In this document: one piece after another, positions 1 to 10,699 of the stretch
How the letters are laid out: every line of letters begins with the position of its first letter
Numbering within the stretch: position 1 is the first letter of the stretch
Notes under the pieces: generated by a model
What the model saw: the letters and a program-made list of their open reading frames with translations, nothing else
What the model was told of the DNA's origin: nothing
Databases searched by the model: none
DNA from: Candidatus Latescibacterota bacterium
GTDB taxonomy: Bacteria; Latescibacterota; UBA2968; GCA-2709665
Length of the DNA stretch: 64,000 nucleotides
Assembly: GCA_965116875.1 (NCBI GenBank)
Contig: OZ220733.1
Span: 4,800,001-4,864,000, forward strand
Direction of reading: 5' to 3'
Position numbers and translations under genes: made by a program

Positions 1-84
1 TCCTCTCCGATTGCGCATGCAAAGCCCAAAAACGGGGCTTCCTTGATGGAAGCCCCGTTTTTGGGAGGAACACGTGCACGCGGT

Positions 85-1392
85 TCAGCCGACAAAAGCA
101 TCGTATATGGCGCGTACTGCGCGTTTGTAGTCCGCCTCTTCCACACCTACGATGATATTGATTTCAGATGCGCCCTGGTCGATCACCCGGACGTTTACGC
201 TTGCGTCGGCCAGCGCGGAGAACAAACGTGCGGCGATTCCGATACGATGCGACATGCCTTCGCCGACGGTTGCGATGAGCGCCAGCCCCCGCATCAGCTC
301 CACGCGATCCGGCTGCAGAATTCGTTGAATATCGTCGACGAGGCGTTCGCCTTTCCCGTCCAACTGGTCGTCCCGCATGATCACCGACATCGTGTCGATC
401 CCGGACGGGGTATGTTCATAGCTGATATCGTGCGAAGCCACCACTTCGAGCACCTGCCGGCCAAACCCCTTCTGCTGGTTCATCATCGCCTTTTCGATGA
501 ACAGCATCGTAAATGCCGGCTGCCCGGCCACACCGGCAATGAGATCGGCCGTCAATTCCCTCCGGTCCAGAATTCGGGTTCCGGGATCCGTGGGCCGGTT
601 CGTATTGCGGATGTGGATGGGAATCCCGGCCGCACGCACGGGAAACATGGCCTCGTCGTGGAAAACCGATGCCCCCATATAGGCCAGTTCGCGAACCTCG
701 CGATACGTGATTTCACGAACCGGCCGCGCATCCGGAATCAGACCCGGATCGGCCATCAGCAGGCCCGATACATCGGTCCAGTTCTCGTAGACCTCGGCAT
801 CGACGGCCCGCGCCACGATAGCGCCTGTGATGTCGGAACCGCCTCGCGAAAACGTCCGAACTCCGCCGTCCGGATTGCTGCCGTAGAATCCGGGTATGAC
901 GAACATACCGCTGTCGTCAACCCGTTCGCGGATAAGGCGGTAACTCGCAGGGTCCAGTTCGCCGTCCCCGCGAAATCGGATGACCTCCGCCGCGTCGATG
1001 AAGGTTGCGCCCAGAAAGTCGGAGACGACCTGACCGCAAAGATACTCCCCCCTCGAAGCGACATAATCCCTGGATGCTCCGCCGTCAATACTCGTTTTCA
1101 GCCGGTCGAGCAACCGGCAGATATTGAGCGAGATGCCCAGTCCTGACGCCAGCTCTTCGTATCTCGCGCGCATCATCGCCAAAGGTTGCGAAAAATCCAG
1201 ACTCTGTCTGGCCAGTTCGTGGCACAGGTAGAGCAGGTCCGTAATCTTCGTATCCGCATCGTTGCGTTTGCCGGGCGCGGAGGGCACGATAAGACGCCGC
1301 TGTGAGTTGGATTCGATAATCCGCCTGACCTGCGCCACCTGCCGGTCATCGGCCAGTGAACTCCCGCCGAATTTGCACACGACCGTCCCCAT
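85..1392 (-). CDS. lysC: Aspartate kinase (amino-acid kinase domain + ACT domains)
   Basis: KFGGSS, SAPGKR, RGGSDITG and WTDVSG motifs; C-terminal ACT-like QGASEINI. Start placed at the MGTVV ATG (GGAGG upstream); the ORF track extends to 1428. Confidence 0.93.
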   Translation of the reverse strand: MGTVVCKFGGSSLADDRQVAQVRRIIESNSQRRLIVPSAPGKRNDADTKITDLLYLCHELARQSLDFSQPLAMMRARYEELASGLGISLNICRLLDRLKTSIDGGASRDYVASRGEYLCGQVVSDFLGATFIDAAEVIRFRGDGELDPASYRLIRERVDDSGMFVIPGFYGSNPDGGVRTFSRGGSDITGAIVARAVDAEVYENWTDVSGLLMADPGLIPDARPVREITYREVRELAYMGASVFHDEAMFPVRAAGIPIHIRNTNRPTDPGTRILDRRELTADLIAGVAGQPAFTMLFIEKAMMNQQKGFGRQVLEVVASHDISYEHTPSGIDTMSVIMRDDQLDGKGERLVDDIQRILQPDRVELMRGLALIATVGEGMSHRIGIAARLFSALADASVNVRVIDQGASEINIIVGVEEADYKRAVRAIYDAFVG

Positions 1393-1484
1393 ACCCCGAT
1401 TCTGCCTCCATTCGCTCCTGGTCGCCATCCGGTACTCTTCAGTGGCGGACGGGCGCCGGCATTGTGCGATGCGATTTTTTCACA

Positions 1485-2405
1485 CTACGCGGGATTCCGC
1501 TTCTGAACCAGCCGAAGCTCCTTCAGCAACTCCCTCACCGGCGTGAGACCCGGATCGATCCGCAACGCCTCATTCAACGCGTCGATAGCATGTTGCAGAT
1601 CCGCCGAATCATTGCGCCGTTCCGACAGCCGCCAGTAACACAGACCGATGACATGATGCGCCCTGGCTCTGTCCTCGTTCCCGAGAAATTCATAGTCCAG
1701 CGCTTTCCTGGCAAGGTCGACGGCTTCCTCGTAGCTTGCGGACCTGAACGTATAATACGACGCGAATACCCTTGCATGGGCGATCGCGTCGTCTCCCACG
1801 CCATATTCCAGCCCCCGGTTCACAACCTGAAGCGCTTCGGCATAGCGCCTGGCGCTTTCCAGCATCCGCGCGACGTCGGTCGCCTGCCGGCACAGTTTGT
1901 CACGCCAGGCCTTGTCGGCCTCGGTCGGGCGAAATTCGTACTTCGACCAGAGACTGTCCTGTAGCCCCCAGACGTTCAGCACGCTCTTTATAATCCAGGG
2001 ATGACGCGTCGTTGCGCCGGATCGGGCATTCAGGTAGGTATTGTTGTAATAGTGCCGACCCAGCGCACGGACAACAGGCGGGTACCCCGGCGCAACGGAA
2101 TCCACGCGAGAATACAATGGCACCCACTGCCCTTTACCGAGAGAATCCGCACCCGCCAGCAGGGCCTGGGCTCTCAAGAGCTGGCCATGCCGCTTTGCCG
2201 CCTTCCTCCCCGACGGCGTATCCCCGAATTCACTGGCAATCCCGGCGTATTGCTCGATCGTCTGCGGCAGGGAATCCACTCTTTCTTCCAAATCTCTGAA
2301 GACGACATAATACAGCCGCTGCGCCTTTTTCTCCCTGCGCGCGGATTCGCTGTCGCATCCGGCGCAAATAGCCAGACACAGGATGACAGGTATCGCTTTC
2401 GTCAT
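1485..2405 (-). CDS. Putative lipoprotein with C-terminal TPR-like repeats
   Basis: Signal peptide ending in lipobox-like CAGC; helical TPR-like C-terminus (AIDALNEALRIDP). Confidence 0.6.
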   Translation of the reverse strand: MTKAIPVILCLAICAGCDSESARREKKAQRLYYVVFRDLEERVDSLPQTIEQYAGIASEFGDTPSGRKAAKRHGQLLRAQALLAGADSLGKGQWVPLYSRVDSVAPGYPPVVRALGRHYYNNTYLNARSGATTRHPWIIKSVLNVWGLQDSLWSKYEFRPTEADKAWRDKLCRQATDVARMLESARRYAEALQVVNRGLEYGVGDDAIAHARVFASYYTFRSASYEEAVDLARKALDYEFLGNEDRARAHHVIGLCYWRLSERRNDSADLQHAIDALNEALRIDPGLTPVRELLKELRLVQKRNPA

Positions 2406-2525
2406 TACGCATCGCTCCCCGGGTTGAACTCCGGCGCCCTGCCTTGCGCAGGCTCACCGGCGCCGAACAGGTTGTTCGCAACGTCTCTCGGGCGGTCGTA
2501 TTCCATCGGCCGGAACACGACCGGG

Positions 2526-3494
2526 CTACTCGATGTCGGCGCGAATCGGCATCTCCAATGCGCCCTTCCGGCTGATCTTGTCGATCAATCTCTGATTGAA
2601 CTCCCGCGCCGTATGGTAACCCTGGATCTTGAGCTGATAGTTCAATGCAATGGCTTCCGCAATGACCGTGATGTTCTTGCCCGGATAGATCGGTACGGTC
2701 ACCTGTGGAATTTCCACGTCGAGAATCGACACCCAGTCCTCCTCCAACCCGACACGCTCGTAGGATTCGGTCTCGTCCCACTCCACAAGCTGAACCACGA
2801 CCTCAACCCGTTTCTGAATCCGAAAAGCGGCGATACCGAACATGTGCCTGACGTTCAGAATACCGAGACCGCGGACCTCCATGTGATCCCGTAGCGTATC
2901 GCCGCACGTGCCAACCAGTATGCCCTGGAGTTTTCTCGACACCAATACGATATCGTCGGCAACCAGGCGGTGCCCGCGCTCTACGAGGTCCAGCGCGATT
3001 TCACTCTTGCCGATACCGCTTCGACCGGTAAACAGAAGACCGATCCCGTAGACATCGACGAGAGATCCATGGATGGCGGTCCTGGGTGCGAATACGTCGT
3101 CCAGGTAGTACGAGAAGAGATGGGAAAACTTCGTAGTGGAAAACGGAGTGACCATCAGCGGAATTCCGCGCTGCCCGGCCAGATCCACCATAGTCCGCGG
3201 CACCTCGTTTCCGTCGGTAACCACCACGCAGGGGATGTCGAACTGAAACACCGTCTCCAGAACCGTGCGAAGTCTGCGGGGTGAGAGTCCATCCAGATAC
3301 AACATTTCCGAGTTGCCGAGTACCTGTGCGCGATCAAACGTAAACAGACCCACAAATCCGGCCAGCAAGAGACCGGGTCGGTGCACATCGCTGGACGTCA
3401 GCGCGTTTTCCAGGCTGTCTTTGCCGGCGATTAACTCAAGACCAAGCTTTTCGCCGAACTGTTCCATGACTTCGGCGATCGTGATTTCCCGCAC
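2526..3494 (-). CDS. hprK: HPr(Ser) kinase/phosphorylase
   Basis: HRPGL, Walker A GRSGIGKSE, LVADD, HMEVRGLGI and PGKN motifs. Start placed at GTG (VREITI); the ORF track extends to 3662. Confidence 0.95.
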   Translation of the reverse strand: MREITIAEVMEQFGEKLGLELIAGKDSLENALTSSDVHRPGLLLAGFVGLFTFDRAQVLGNSEMLYLDGLSPRRLRTVLETVFQFDIPCVVVTDGNEVPRTMVDLAGQRGIPLMVTPFSTTKFSHLFSYYLDDVFAPRTAIHGSLVDVYGIGLLFTGRSGIGKSEIALDLVERGHRLVADDIVLVSRKLQGILVGTCGDTLRDHMEVRGLGILNVRHMFGIAAFRIQKRVEVVVQLVEWDETESYERVGLEEDWVSILDVEIPQVTVPIYPGKNITVIAEAIALNYQLKIQGYHTAREFNQRLIDKISRKGALEMPIRADIE

Positions 3495-3633
3495 ACGGCG
3501 CTCCTCGATTGAGCATGGCGGCGAGCCCGGATACGTGGCGCGCAAAGACACAATCCGTATGCCCGGGGCTCCGTTGGTCAACCCGCAGACCTGCGCCCAT
3601 AACCTGTAGATTAATAGGTTGTTGCAGGATCCG

Positions 3634-3662
3634 AATATATACCAAAACACCAGGCCTGTCAA
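3634..3662 (-). promoter_or_regulatory. Sigma70-type promoter for the hprK-TPR-lysC unit
   Basis: Minus strand TTGACA-N17-TATATT. Confidence 0.6.
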
Positions 3663-3695
3663 GAAGATGGATTCCGTCGATCAGGGACTTCGAAC

Positions 3696-3724
3696 TTGAC
3701 TTGGTACCGGCCAGAGGCTATACT
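3696..3724 (+). promoter_or_regulatory. Sigma70-type promoter for the membrane-protein pair
   Basis: TTGACT-N17-TATACT, back-to-back with the hprK promoter. Confidence 0.6.
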
Positions 3725-3778
3725 CCGTACATGGGTACACAGCCACGACAACCGGACGGTGGGAAACGAGCATAGCAC

Positions 3779-4987
3779 ATGCGAATCGTCGCCAGCATCT
3801 ACCTCGTCTACGTAATCTGCCTGATCTGCCGCAACCTGTTCGTCCGACGGAAGCTTGCCGCTCCACTGGACAGTCTGCGAGCCAGCCATCTGCATTTCGT
3901 GCCGATCGGAATCGCCGCGGGCATCGTCCTGACGATGGACCACGATCTGGCTGCTGTCGTCGAAGACATACAAAGGGAACTGTTGGGTGTCGTTCTGGTC
4001 TGGATCGGCATTGTCGCGGGTCTTCAGTTCGATTTCAGGCGCCTGGGAAGGCGGGCGTCGCGACACCACGCGCTCGAAGGCCTTCAGGTCGCGGGAACCG
4101 CCGCCCTGGTCTTTTTTCTGGCCCTGTTGTGGAGGCCGGTGCTGCGGTATCAAATGGGCATTGCCGCCGAACCCGCCCTGGTTGCGCTGCTGCTGGGCGT
4201 GCTGGCAACCACGCTACGTATGCCGGATCGGGTTTTTTACGCCCGATCCGAACTTGAAACCCCCAACGTTGATCATGCGCCGGCGGGACCACTTATCTCC
4301 AACGCGTCCGGGATGACGCTTCTTACGATCCTGTATCCTTATTGTGCGGGCGTCGCTGTCGTTGAGCTGGGACCGTTCACATTGGTGAGCACCAGCAGTT
4401 TTCTGGCTCTATACGCGTGTGCGGGTGTTCTTCTGGGGCTGCTGATGACGTTCGTCTTCAGCAGCTTTCAGGAGGACGTCGTGTGCGCGATTATCGCGAT
4501 TGGTATCGTCGCAACGTTCGGAGGACTCTGTGCAGGAAAGGCGATTCCAGGTATTGTCGTTGGGTTCATTTCAGGCGTCTGGTTCATCAACACGACCACG
4601 CGCCGACGGGATGCGCTTGAAATTCTGGAAAAGACTACCGGTATCCTTCAGCCCGTCCTGTTCCTGGTCATCGGCGGACTGCTTTCGACACAGAACCTGC
4701 CAATCTTACGATTGACCGCATTCGCTTTTCTGTTTCTGGTAGCGAGAAGTCTTGCCAGGGGCATCAGCCTGACAGTTGCCGCACGGGTGACCCGCTGCCA
4801 TCTTTCGCTGACCGAAATCATCGGCTCGGCGCTCAGGCCGCTCGGCACATTGTCTGTAGCGCTGGTCGCACAACTGCTCCTGCTGGATTCAGGGCCGAAT
4901 CTGTACGCCCTTATCGCCGCCATTCTCGTTGCAGCCGCTATCGGACAGGCGACCCCGTTGCCCAAACCTCGAGACGTTTCCGCCTGA
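3779..4987 (+). CDS. Polytopic membrane protein, cation:proton antiporter (CPA)-like
   Basis: Many hydrophobic helices; WIGIVAGLQFD and PVLFLVIGG segments resemble Na+/H+ exchanger family members. Confidence 0.55.
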   Translation: MRIVASIYLVYVICLICRNLFVRRKLAAPLDSLRASHLHFVPIGIAAGIVLTMDHDLAAVVEDIQRELLGVVLVWIGIVAGLQFDFRRLGRRASRHHALEGLQVAGTAALVFFLALLWRPVLRYQMGIAAEPALVALLLGVLATTLRMPDRVFYARSELETPNVDHAPAGPLISNASGMTLLTILYPYCAGVAVVELGPFTLVSTSSFLALYACAGVLLGLLMTFVFSSFQEDVVCAIIAIGIVATFGGLCAGKAIPGIVVGFISGVWFINTTTRRRDALEILEKTTGILQPVLFLVIGGLLSTQNLPILRLTAFAFLFLVARSLARGISLTVAARVTRCHLSLTEIIGSALRPLGTLSVALVAQLLLLDSGPNLYALIAAILVAAAIGQATPLPKPRDVSA

Positions 4988-5011
4988 GGCGAATCGTACG
5001 GAAGACATCGC

Positions 5012-6211
5012 ATGAGACGGTTTCTCATCTGCGTCATTTTGTGCGTTGTTGCGTGGGGATCACAAAATGACTTTCCGCATTCGATCCGGCCCGTTGTATA
5101 CGTGGGTCTCATGCTTGTCGTGCCGCTGACCCTGGCGGGCACGTTGGCGGGCTCAGTCATTCCGTTCCACGTGATACCCCTGGTACTCGGTTTTCTGGCC
5201 GGCGGATTCGGATTCCGCCACACGGAGGCATTCGTTGCAGCCTCGCCACTTGCCGAACTGGCCCAGGTCTGGGTGGGCCTGTACCTTGGCGCCAGTTTTT
5301 CCTATCACCGGTTCCTGAGCAAGAAACTCGGGGTGTCCGCGTCAATCTCCATCGGCGCCACGGTGATCCCGGCATTTCTGGCATTTTTTCTGTTGTTGGG
5401 TTTTCCGGTCGTCCAGGCAATCCGCCTGGGTCTTCTTGCCGGGATGTCGGGTCCGATGATCACGCTCATCTCTCAACCTGATCGACGCGAGGGCCTGTCC
5501 TTTTCGATCCTCGTTACGACGTTGGGCCTTTCACTCTGGTTCCTCGCCGACCTCTTCGTGCGCACACCGGGCCTGTATCAGGCCGTACCGTTGGCGATCA
5601 TGTGGGCGGTGGGCGTCGAACTCATCGCGAGGATGACTCACACGGTCAGAACCGGAATGGGCGGCCAGGTCCTCTTCGGCGCAATCGTGGCGACGCTCTT
5701 CGTCTGCGCTCGAACGATGCATATATCCCCGCTCTTTCTGTCACTCGTGACAGGTGTGGGCGTGTCCGCGAGGTCGGGCAGGTCCGGATTTGCGCTGCGG
5801 GGAATGGCGCCTCTGTCGGTTCCGCTCTCGTACGTTGTCCTCACGTATTTTACGGCCGGCCTGGACCTTAACGGTCTTTTGGAACTGTCCGCGCTTCACT
5901 GGAAGATTCTGGGCATCTATGTGGCTGCGATGCTCATTGGCAAGATCGTCGGCGGGTTGACCGCCAGGCGTTGGGCCGGCCTGGACGTTCGAGACTGGTC
6001 GCAACTGCTCCCTCAGGGGTTTTTCGTGTTTGTTCTTCTGCACGAAGCGTTCCCGCCGGAGATGGATCCGGCCGTGCGCAACGGGCTGACCGCCGGTGTG
6101 GTCCTTCTGTGCGGCATCGCCATCCCTGTGCTGACGGCTCCCATTATCTACGTGTACGAGCGGATGGATCGCAGCCGGATCCAGGCCGCCACGCGATCGG
6201 GCGGTTCTTAG
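5012..6211 (+). CDS. Polytopic membrane protein, cation:proton antiporter (CPA)-like
   Basis: Many hydrophobic helices; YFTAGLDL, GKIVGG and LLPQG segments typical of CPA-type exchangers; co-oriented with the previous gene. Confidence 0.55.
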   Translation: MRRFLICVILCVVAWGSQNDFPHSIRPVVYVGLMLVVPLTLAGTLAGSVIPFHVIPLVLGFLAGGFGFRHTEAFVAASPLAELAQVWVGLYLGASFSYHRFLSKKLGVSASISIGATVIPAFLAFFLLLGFPVVQAIRLGLLAGMSGPMITLISQPDRREGLSFSILVTTLGLSLWFLADLFVRTPGLYQAVPLAIMWAVGVELIARMTHTVRTGMGGQVLFGAIVATLFVCARTMHISPLFLSLVTGVGVSARSGRSGFALRGMAPLSVPLSYVVLTYFTAGLDLNGLLELSALHWKILGIYVAAMLIGKIVGGLTARRWAGLDVRDWSQLLPQGFFVFVLLHEAFPPEMDPAVRNGLTAGVVLLCGIAIPVLTAPIIYVYERMDRSRIQAATRSGGS

Positions 6212-6396
6212 AAGCTGTCTTAAAACCCCCAGCGGTCTTCGCGCGGCTGTAAAAGCGCCGGTCGGCGTTGGTCAAACCCACCGGTCTTACGAGATCGAGG
6301 CTGCGCTTGCTCGCCTCTCATAGCCGGATTTTCCCGCCTTGACCGTCACTTTTCCGCTCGCGCTCGGGAACTCACCGGGAATTTCAAAACAGCTTC
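6210..6396. mobile_element. MITE-like element, family 1, copy 1
   Basis: Ends GAAGCTGTCTTAAAA ... TTTCAAAACAGCTTC form an imperfect TIR; internal GCGGTCTTCGC and GGGAACTCAC blocks shared with 23211-23375 and 53515-53618. Confidence 0.75.
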
Positions 6397-6442
6397 CGGG
6401 AATCAAAAAGACCATCCGCAGGCGGGATGGCCGGGCTACACG

Positions 6443-6527
6443 AACAGTCCGTTGATAAAGTCGCTCTGCAGGCCTGCCAGTGAAGTCTTGGCAGGCAGCC
6501 CGGATGGACTTTCTCAACGGGCTGCTA
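6443..6527. mobile_element. Short MITE-like palindromic element, family 2
   Basis: AACAGTCCGTTGATAAAGTC ... GACTTTCTCAACGGGCTGCTA inverted ends; the right end matches (reverse complement) 19021-19050. Confidence 0.6.
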
Positions 6528-6562
6528 ACGCAAGGAATCCAGTCACCGCTGCATACAGGCTG

Positions 6563-7810
6563 CTAATTCAACCAGCCTGACAAGGAAAACGTCTGCATGA
6601 CAAATCGTTCCGAAGCCCCATGCGTGGTCGCGTCGCCACGTCTTCCGAACTCGATTACGTAACGGAAACTGCCTGCGCCCCGGGTCTGGAACGGCAGTGA
6701 AAACCCCAGACTCACGCCAAGCTCGCCGATCTGGGAGTTCCCGTTGGTCTTGAAATACAGCGACCTGTAATGAGCGCCCGCCGTCAATTCGATGCGGCGA
6801 CGCGCACTGCGGCTGTCCGGATCTCCGAATCTGTAGAGAACTCCGCCCGCCAGATCGGTGGTATTGTGGCGTCCTGACTCCGTCTTCTCCCAGAAAGCCC
6901 GTTCGTAATCGAGTGCCGCCAGCCAACGATATCCCGGCCGGTAGGCCAGCCCGAAGCCAACGCTGGCCGGCATTTTCAGATCCTGCGTCGAGCGCGTTTC
7001 CTCTTCAAACCCTATTTCCGCGAAGAAATTCCTCAAAATGCGTGTCTGCGTGACGGTCGTTTCAGCCCGGACCGCGGCGCCGAAGTACCATTTTCCGGCC
7101 CGGTTGTATACGGCGCCAAACGCAGGCTGCACCCCACGGTGAGTGCGTACATATCGATCCTCGCTATTGAGGTGTTCAGGAATCTGACGGTTATTGGAAT
7201 CCAGCAGAAAAGACTTCGAATCTCCGTTGGGCCCGCTGGAGCTGAAGTCTTTCGTCCACGTCTCCTTGATCGTCCCGATTGAGATGACACTCAGGTTTCC
7301 CCCGAGCATCAGACTTCCCCACCTCTGTGCCACACCGAAGGTAAACGCCTGTATCCCGCCCGTTGCGTTCACCCGCAACTCGTAGGGAACCGCTGTGGAG
7401 CTGACGACACTGACGAGGTCGAAGTCCAGGTCCGTCAACGGCTCCAGTCCCGCACCCAGGACCGTACCATTCCGTACGGGCAGCACGATCTGGAATGCGC
7501 CGATATCACCGTCGGAGACCACGTGCCGGCGCTGCCCGTCATCAAGGGAACGCCGTTGCACGAAGAAGCGACTTTGCAGGCCGGCGCGCGTGAATGAGGC
7601 CAGAAGCGCGGGGTTCGCTGAACTGAAGTTCTGGCTGTCGGCAAGCGCGCGGCCCGCGCCTCCCATACCCCTGGCTCGCACGTCGACACGACGTTCGGTA
7701 TCTCCGACTCCATTGAATGAGAAGATTGATTTGGCGGCGGGCGAATCCACCCACGCGCCGACGACCAGAAAACCAAGCAATACAATTGGAACTCTGCCAG
7801 GATGGTTCAC
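6563..7810 (-). CDS. Outer-membrane beta-barrel, FadL/OmpP1-like
   Basis: Signal peptide; ARGMGGAG...NPA motif typical of FadL-like barrels; amphipathic strands and aromatic residues near the C-terminus. Confidence 0.7.
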   Translation of the reverse strand: MNHPGRVPIVLLGFLVVGAWVDSPAAKSIFSFNGVGDTERRVDVRARGMGGAGRALADSQNFSSANPALLASFTRAGLQSRFFVQRRSLDDGQRRHVVSDGDIGAFQIVLPVRNGTVLGAGLEPLTDLDFDLVSVVSSTAVPYELRVNATGGIQAFTFGVAQRWGSLMLGGNLSVISIGTIKETWTKDFSSSGPNGDSKSFLLDSNNRQIPEHLNSEDRYVRTHRGVQPAFGAVYNRAGKWYFGAAVRAETTVTQTRILRNFFAEIGFEEETRSTQDLKMPASVGFGLAYRPGYRWLAALDYERAFWEKTESGRHNTTDLAGGVLYRFGDPDSRSARRRIELTAGAHYRSLYFKTNGNSQIGELGVSLGFSLPFQTRGAGSFRYVIEFGRRGDATTHGASERFVMQTFSLSGWLN

Positions 7811-7832
7811 ATGTTTCCTCGAGAAAACGTGT

Positions 7833-9002
7833 CTATGGATCCGGAGGTGTTGAATAGATCAACTTCAACATTGGATTGTGGAATACGACCCAGTTGACGT
7901 CCCAGTTCCGGCTATCGGTGACCGGCGTGCTGAGCGCAAGACCCATATTGCGCGTCGTTCCCGAGAGCCAGCCCTGAACCAGGCTCTGGTCCACGGCGTA
8001 TGACGCCGCCTGATCGTCGAACCGCCACGTGTTGACGAGAGAGAACGTGGTGTCTCCGGACGCCGGGTCGACGTTGATTCGTTCAACCGAGAATACGAAA
8101 TCACCGAACATGGATTGCGACCGATCGTAGTTCAGCCGCAATTCCGAAGACGTAACCGTAGCCCCGGTGGGTATGCTGTCCGGCAGGTCGAAGCGAAATA
8201 CCGGGCTCAACCGTACGATTGTAGCCAGAACCAGCATTCCGGGTTCAGGACCATCCCTCGCCGCCCAGTACGTATCTTCCGACGCTACCGCGACATGTGT
8301 ATATGTGTTACCGTTGATAGAAAACGTCAATCGCATCTCCGGCAGTCTGTTGACGTTTTCAGGAAGGCTTTCGTCCCGCGACACCAGACTTGTGAAGAAC
8401 CGGGCGTCCGGCGCCGGCTGCAGCAGGACGTCCAACGCCCTGGCTTCGGGGTTCTCCCGTGCAACGGACCACAGGTACGCCGGCGGCAGATCGATCAGAA
8501 TCAGACTGTCCCCCACAGACGCCGCGGTCGCCCCTTCGATCACGGTTGATGCAAGATCCGATGCGGAGTGTCTGAGCGTATCGACAAACTCGTCCAGCTC
8601 ATTCCACGCCTCGTCCGGGCGTCGTATCTCCAGTTCTTCGGCGCCACCGGACGACGCACGTTTCCGGATCCGGATCTGGACGGAGAGACCGGAAAGTTCT
8701 GCCTCGCTCGAGCCGCCGGAGGCAGACAGGAGCGAGTCGGCATCCAACCTGAACCGGAGCAGCGAACGGAACACGAGACCGCTCACTCGACCGACCATCA
8801 GCCGGGAATCGCTCCCGAACCCTCGGCTGAACGTACCCTCAAACCGGGTCGAGCCACCCCTGGAAGGAATCAGCGGAAGTTCGACCACCCGGCCCTGCGC
8901 GCGGGTTACCAGCTCGGAACCGACCGGATTTTCCTGTCTATTGCCACATCCTGGCAGCAGCGCCGCAATCAGGACTGCCGTGCAGAGTTGATGCCGACCC
9001 AT
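7833..9002 (-). CDS. Putative lipoprotein
   Basis: Lipobox-like LLPGC after a hydrophobic stretch; beta-rich; GAGG upstream of ATG 9002. Confidence 0.55.
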   Translation of the reverse strand: MGRHQLCTAVLIAALLPGCGNRQENPVGSELVTRAQGRVVELPLIPSRGGSTRFEGTFSRGFGSDSRLMVGRVSGLVFRSLLRFRLDADSLLSASGGSSEAELSGLSVQIRIRKRASSGGAEELEIRRPDEAWNELDEFVDTLRHSASDLASTVIEGATAASVGDSLILIDLPPAYLWSVARENPEARALDVLLQPAPDARFFTSLVSRDESLPENVNRLPEMRLTFSINGNTYTHVAVASEDTYWAARDGPEPGMLVLATIVRLSPVFRFDLPDSIPTGATVTSSELRLNYDRSQSMFGDFVFSVERINVDPASGDTTFSLVNTWRFDDQAASYAVDQSLVQGWLSGTTRNMGLALSTPVTDSRNWDVNWVVFHNPMLKLIYSTPPDP

Positions 9003-9198
9003 GTTTACGTACCTCGCGACGTTGCCCTTCACGAGCTCTTCCCGATGAATCCGGTTCTCTTCATCCTGTAACGCTCGATTCAATGAAACGTTCCGGTTCG
9101 AATGCTTCCCGACACTCCGTGGATGAAGTTGCTCTGCCGACGAGACAGGGTGACCCGTCCCGGCATTATGCCGCCACTCATTGCACGGGAGTTGAAAG

Positions 9199-9726
9199 TC
9201 AATGGACCCGTTCTATCAGGATGTCAGCCCGTTGTTCACCGGCGGCAATCGGATTCTTAGGGCATGCGCCTTCCATATCTCCTGGTTGCACGCCTACGAA
9301 GCCATCCCGGTCGATCTTGGCAACCATATACATCTCGGGGATCTCGGCCAGGACGATCCCGTCTCCGAACATGCGAGCGACGTCGGATTGGGTAAGGGTG
9401 TAGTGGTAAGGAAACGTGGGCATACGCATCCGTTTGAGGGCGTATGGCGGTCCTCCGTCGGCCCTCTCTCGCGCAATGATGAACAGATAGGCGCCGTCGG
9501 GTATCCTGGACCGTAGTTCCGGCCTGATCCGGATGGTGCCGCGCACGGTCTTTTCGCCCGGTGCACCGGATGGTCTTTGGGCCGTAGAGACGGGCGGATG
9601 CCCCGCCGGCAGTGTGGGCCGTCGCGGCTTTGGCGGCGGATGCGCACCCTCCTTATAGTGCTGGTCGCAGGCAAAAATGACCAGCAGCCCTGCCAGCGTG
9701 CGAATGAAAACCGGGATATGCATCAT
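9199..9726 (-). CDS. Lipoprotein with CycH/CcmI C-terminal-like Ig domain
   Basis: IFAC lipobox; LPAGHPP motif; VRGTIRI..LFIIAR..GPPYALKR..FPYHYTL pattern resembles the CycH C-terminal domain. Confidence 0.55.
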   Translation of the reverse strand: MMHIPVFIRTLAGLLVIFACDQHYKEGAHPPPKPRRPTLPAGHPPVSTAQRPSGAPGEKTVRGTIRIRPELRSRIPDGAYLFIIARERADGGPPYALKRMRMPTFPYHYTLTQSDVARMFGDGIVLAEIPEMYMVAKIDRDGFVGVQPGDMEGACPKNPIAAGEQRADILIERVH

Positions 9727-9798
9727 GAGTTGATGCCGGACAGAAAAAGGGCCGGACTTGCGGAAGCCGGACCGGAGGCGCCTGGTGTTGCCCCATCG

Positions 9799-10578
9799 TC
9801 ACCGGGCGTACACGCCATCGAAAATTTCCTCTTCGGTCATGGTCAGAAGCGCCGGCTCGTCATCGGTGACCGCCACGACATGCTCAAAATGCGCTGAAGG
9901 CAGTCCGTCCCTGGCGGACGCCGTCCATCCGTCGTCGGCGAGTGTGACTTCCGGTTGTCCCAGATTGACCATGGGTTCAATGGCTATGACGATTCCGCGC
10001 CGCAGCCGCGGATTCTTTTCCAGCGGCACATAGTTGGGTACCGCGGGATCTTCGTGCAGGCTGCGTCCGATACCGTGCCCCACGAATTGGCGTACAACGG
10101 AAAAACCGTGCGACTCCACCCACTGCTGAATGGAGCCGCTGACGTCCTCCAGCCGACGGCCTTCATGCGCCCCCTCAATGCCTCTGAACAGGGACTCACG
10201 CGTGACGGTTATCAACTTACGAATCTCGGGAGTCACGTCGCCTATGGCGTATGAGATGGCCTGGTCTCCAAAATACCCACTTAATCTGGCGCCAATATCG
10301 ATACTGACGAGGTCGCCTTCCCTCAGTTCCCTGTGTCCCGGGATCCCGTGTACGACCTGTTCGTTAATCGAGATACAGGTAGCCGCCGGGTATCCCTGGT
10401 ACCCCTTGAAGGCCGGCACGGCGCCGTGGTCGCGGATCGATTCCTCCGCGACCCCGTCCAGTCTGGACGTGGGTACGCCAGGCCGGACCCAATCACGCAG
10501 GGCACGATGCGCAAGCCCGACGACGCGGCAGGCGTCCCTGATTCTCTCCATTTCCCGTTCCGTGCGAAGTGCAATCAA
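9799..10578 (-). CDS. map: Methionine aminopeptidase type I
   Basis: CISINEQVVHGIP, SIDIG, GHGIG..LHEDP, AIEPM and SAHFEH motifs. Confidence 0.96.
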   Translation of the reverse strand: MIALRTEREMERIRDACRVVGLAHRALRDWVRPGVPTSRLDGVAEESIRDHGAVPAFKGYQGYPAATCISINEQVVHGIPGHRELREGDLVSIDIGARLSGYFGDQAISYAIGDVTPEIRKLITVTRESLFRGIEGAHEGRRLEDVSGSIQQWVESHGFSVVRQFVGHGIGRSLHEDPAVPNYVPLEKNPRLRRGIVIAIEPMVNLGQPEVTLADDGWTASARDGLPSAHFEHVVAVTDDEPALLTMTEEEIFDGVYAR

Positions 10579-10699
10579 ACTGTCACCTGTTATCCGAAAT
10601 GGATGCTAGTAGTGAATCGAGAGGTTTAAGTTAACAAAAAGGGGTATGGAAACAAGAATTAAAGGTCTTTCTGTGGATGAAATGTACCAGGTGTGGGAA

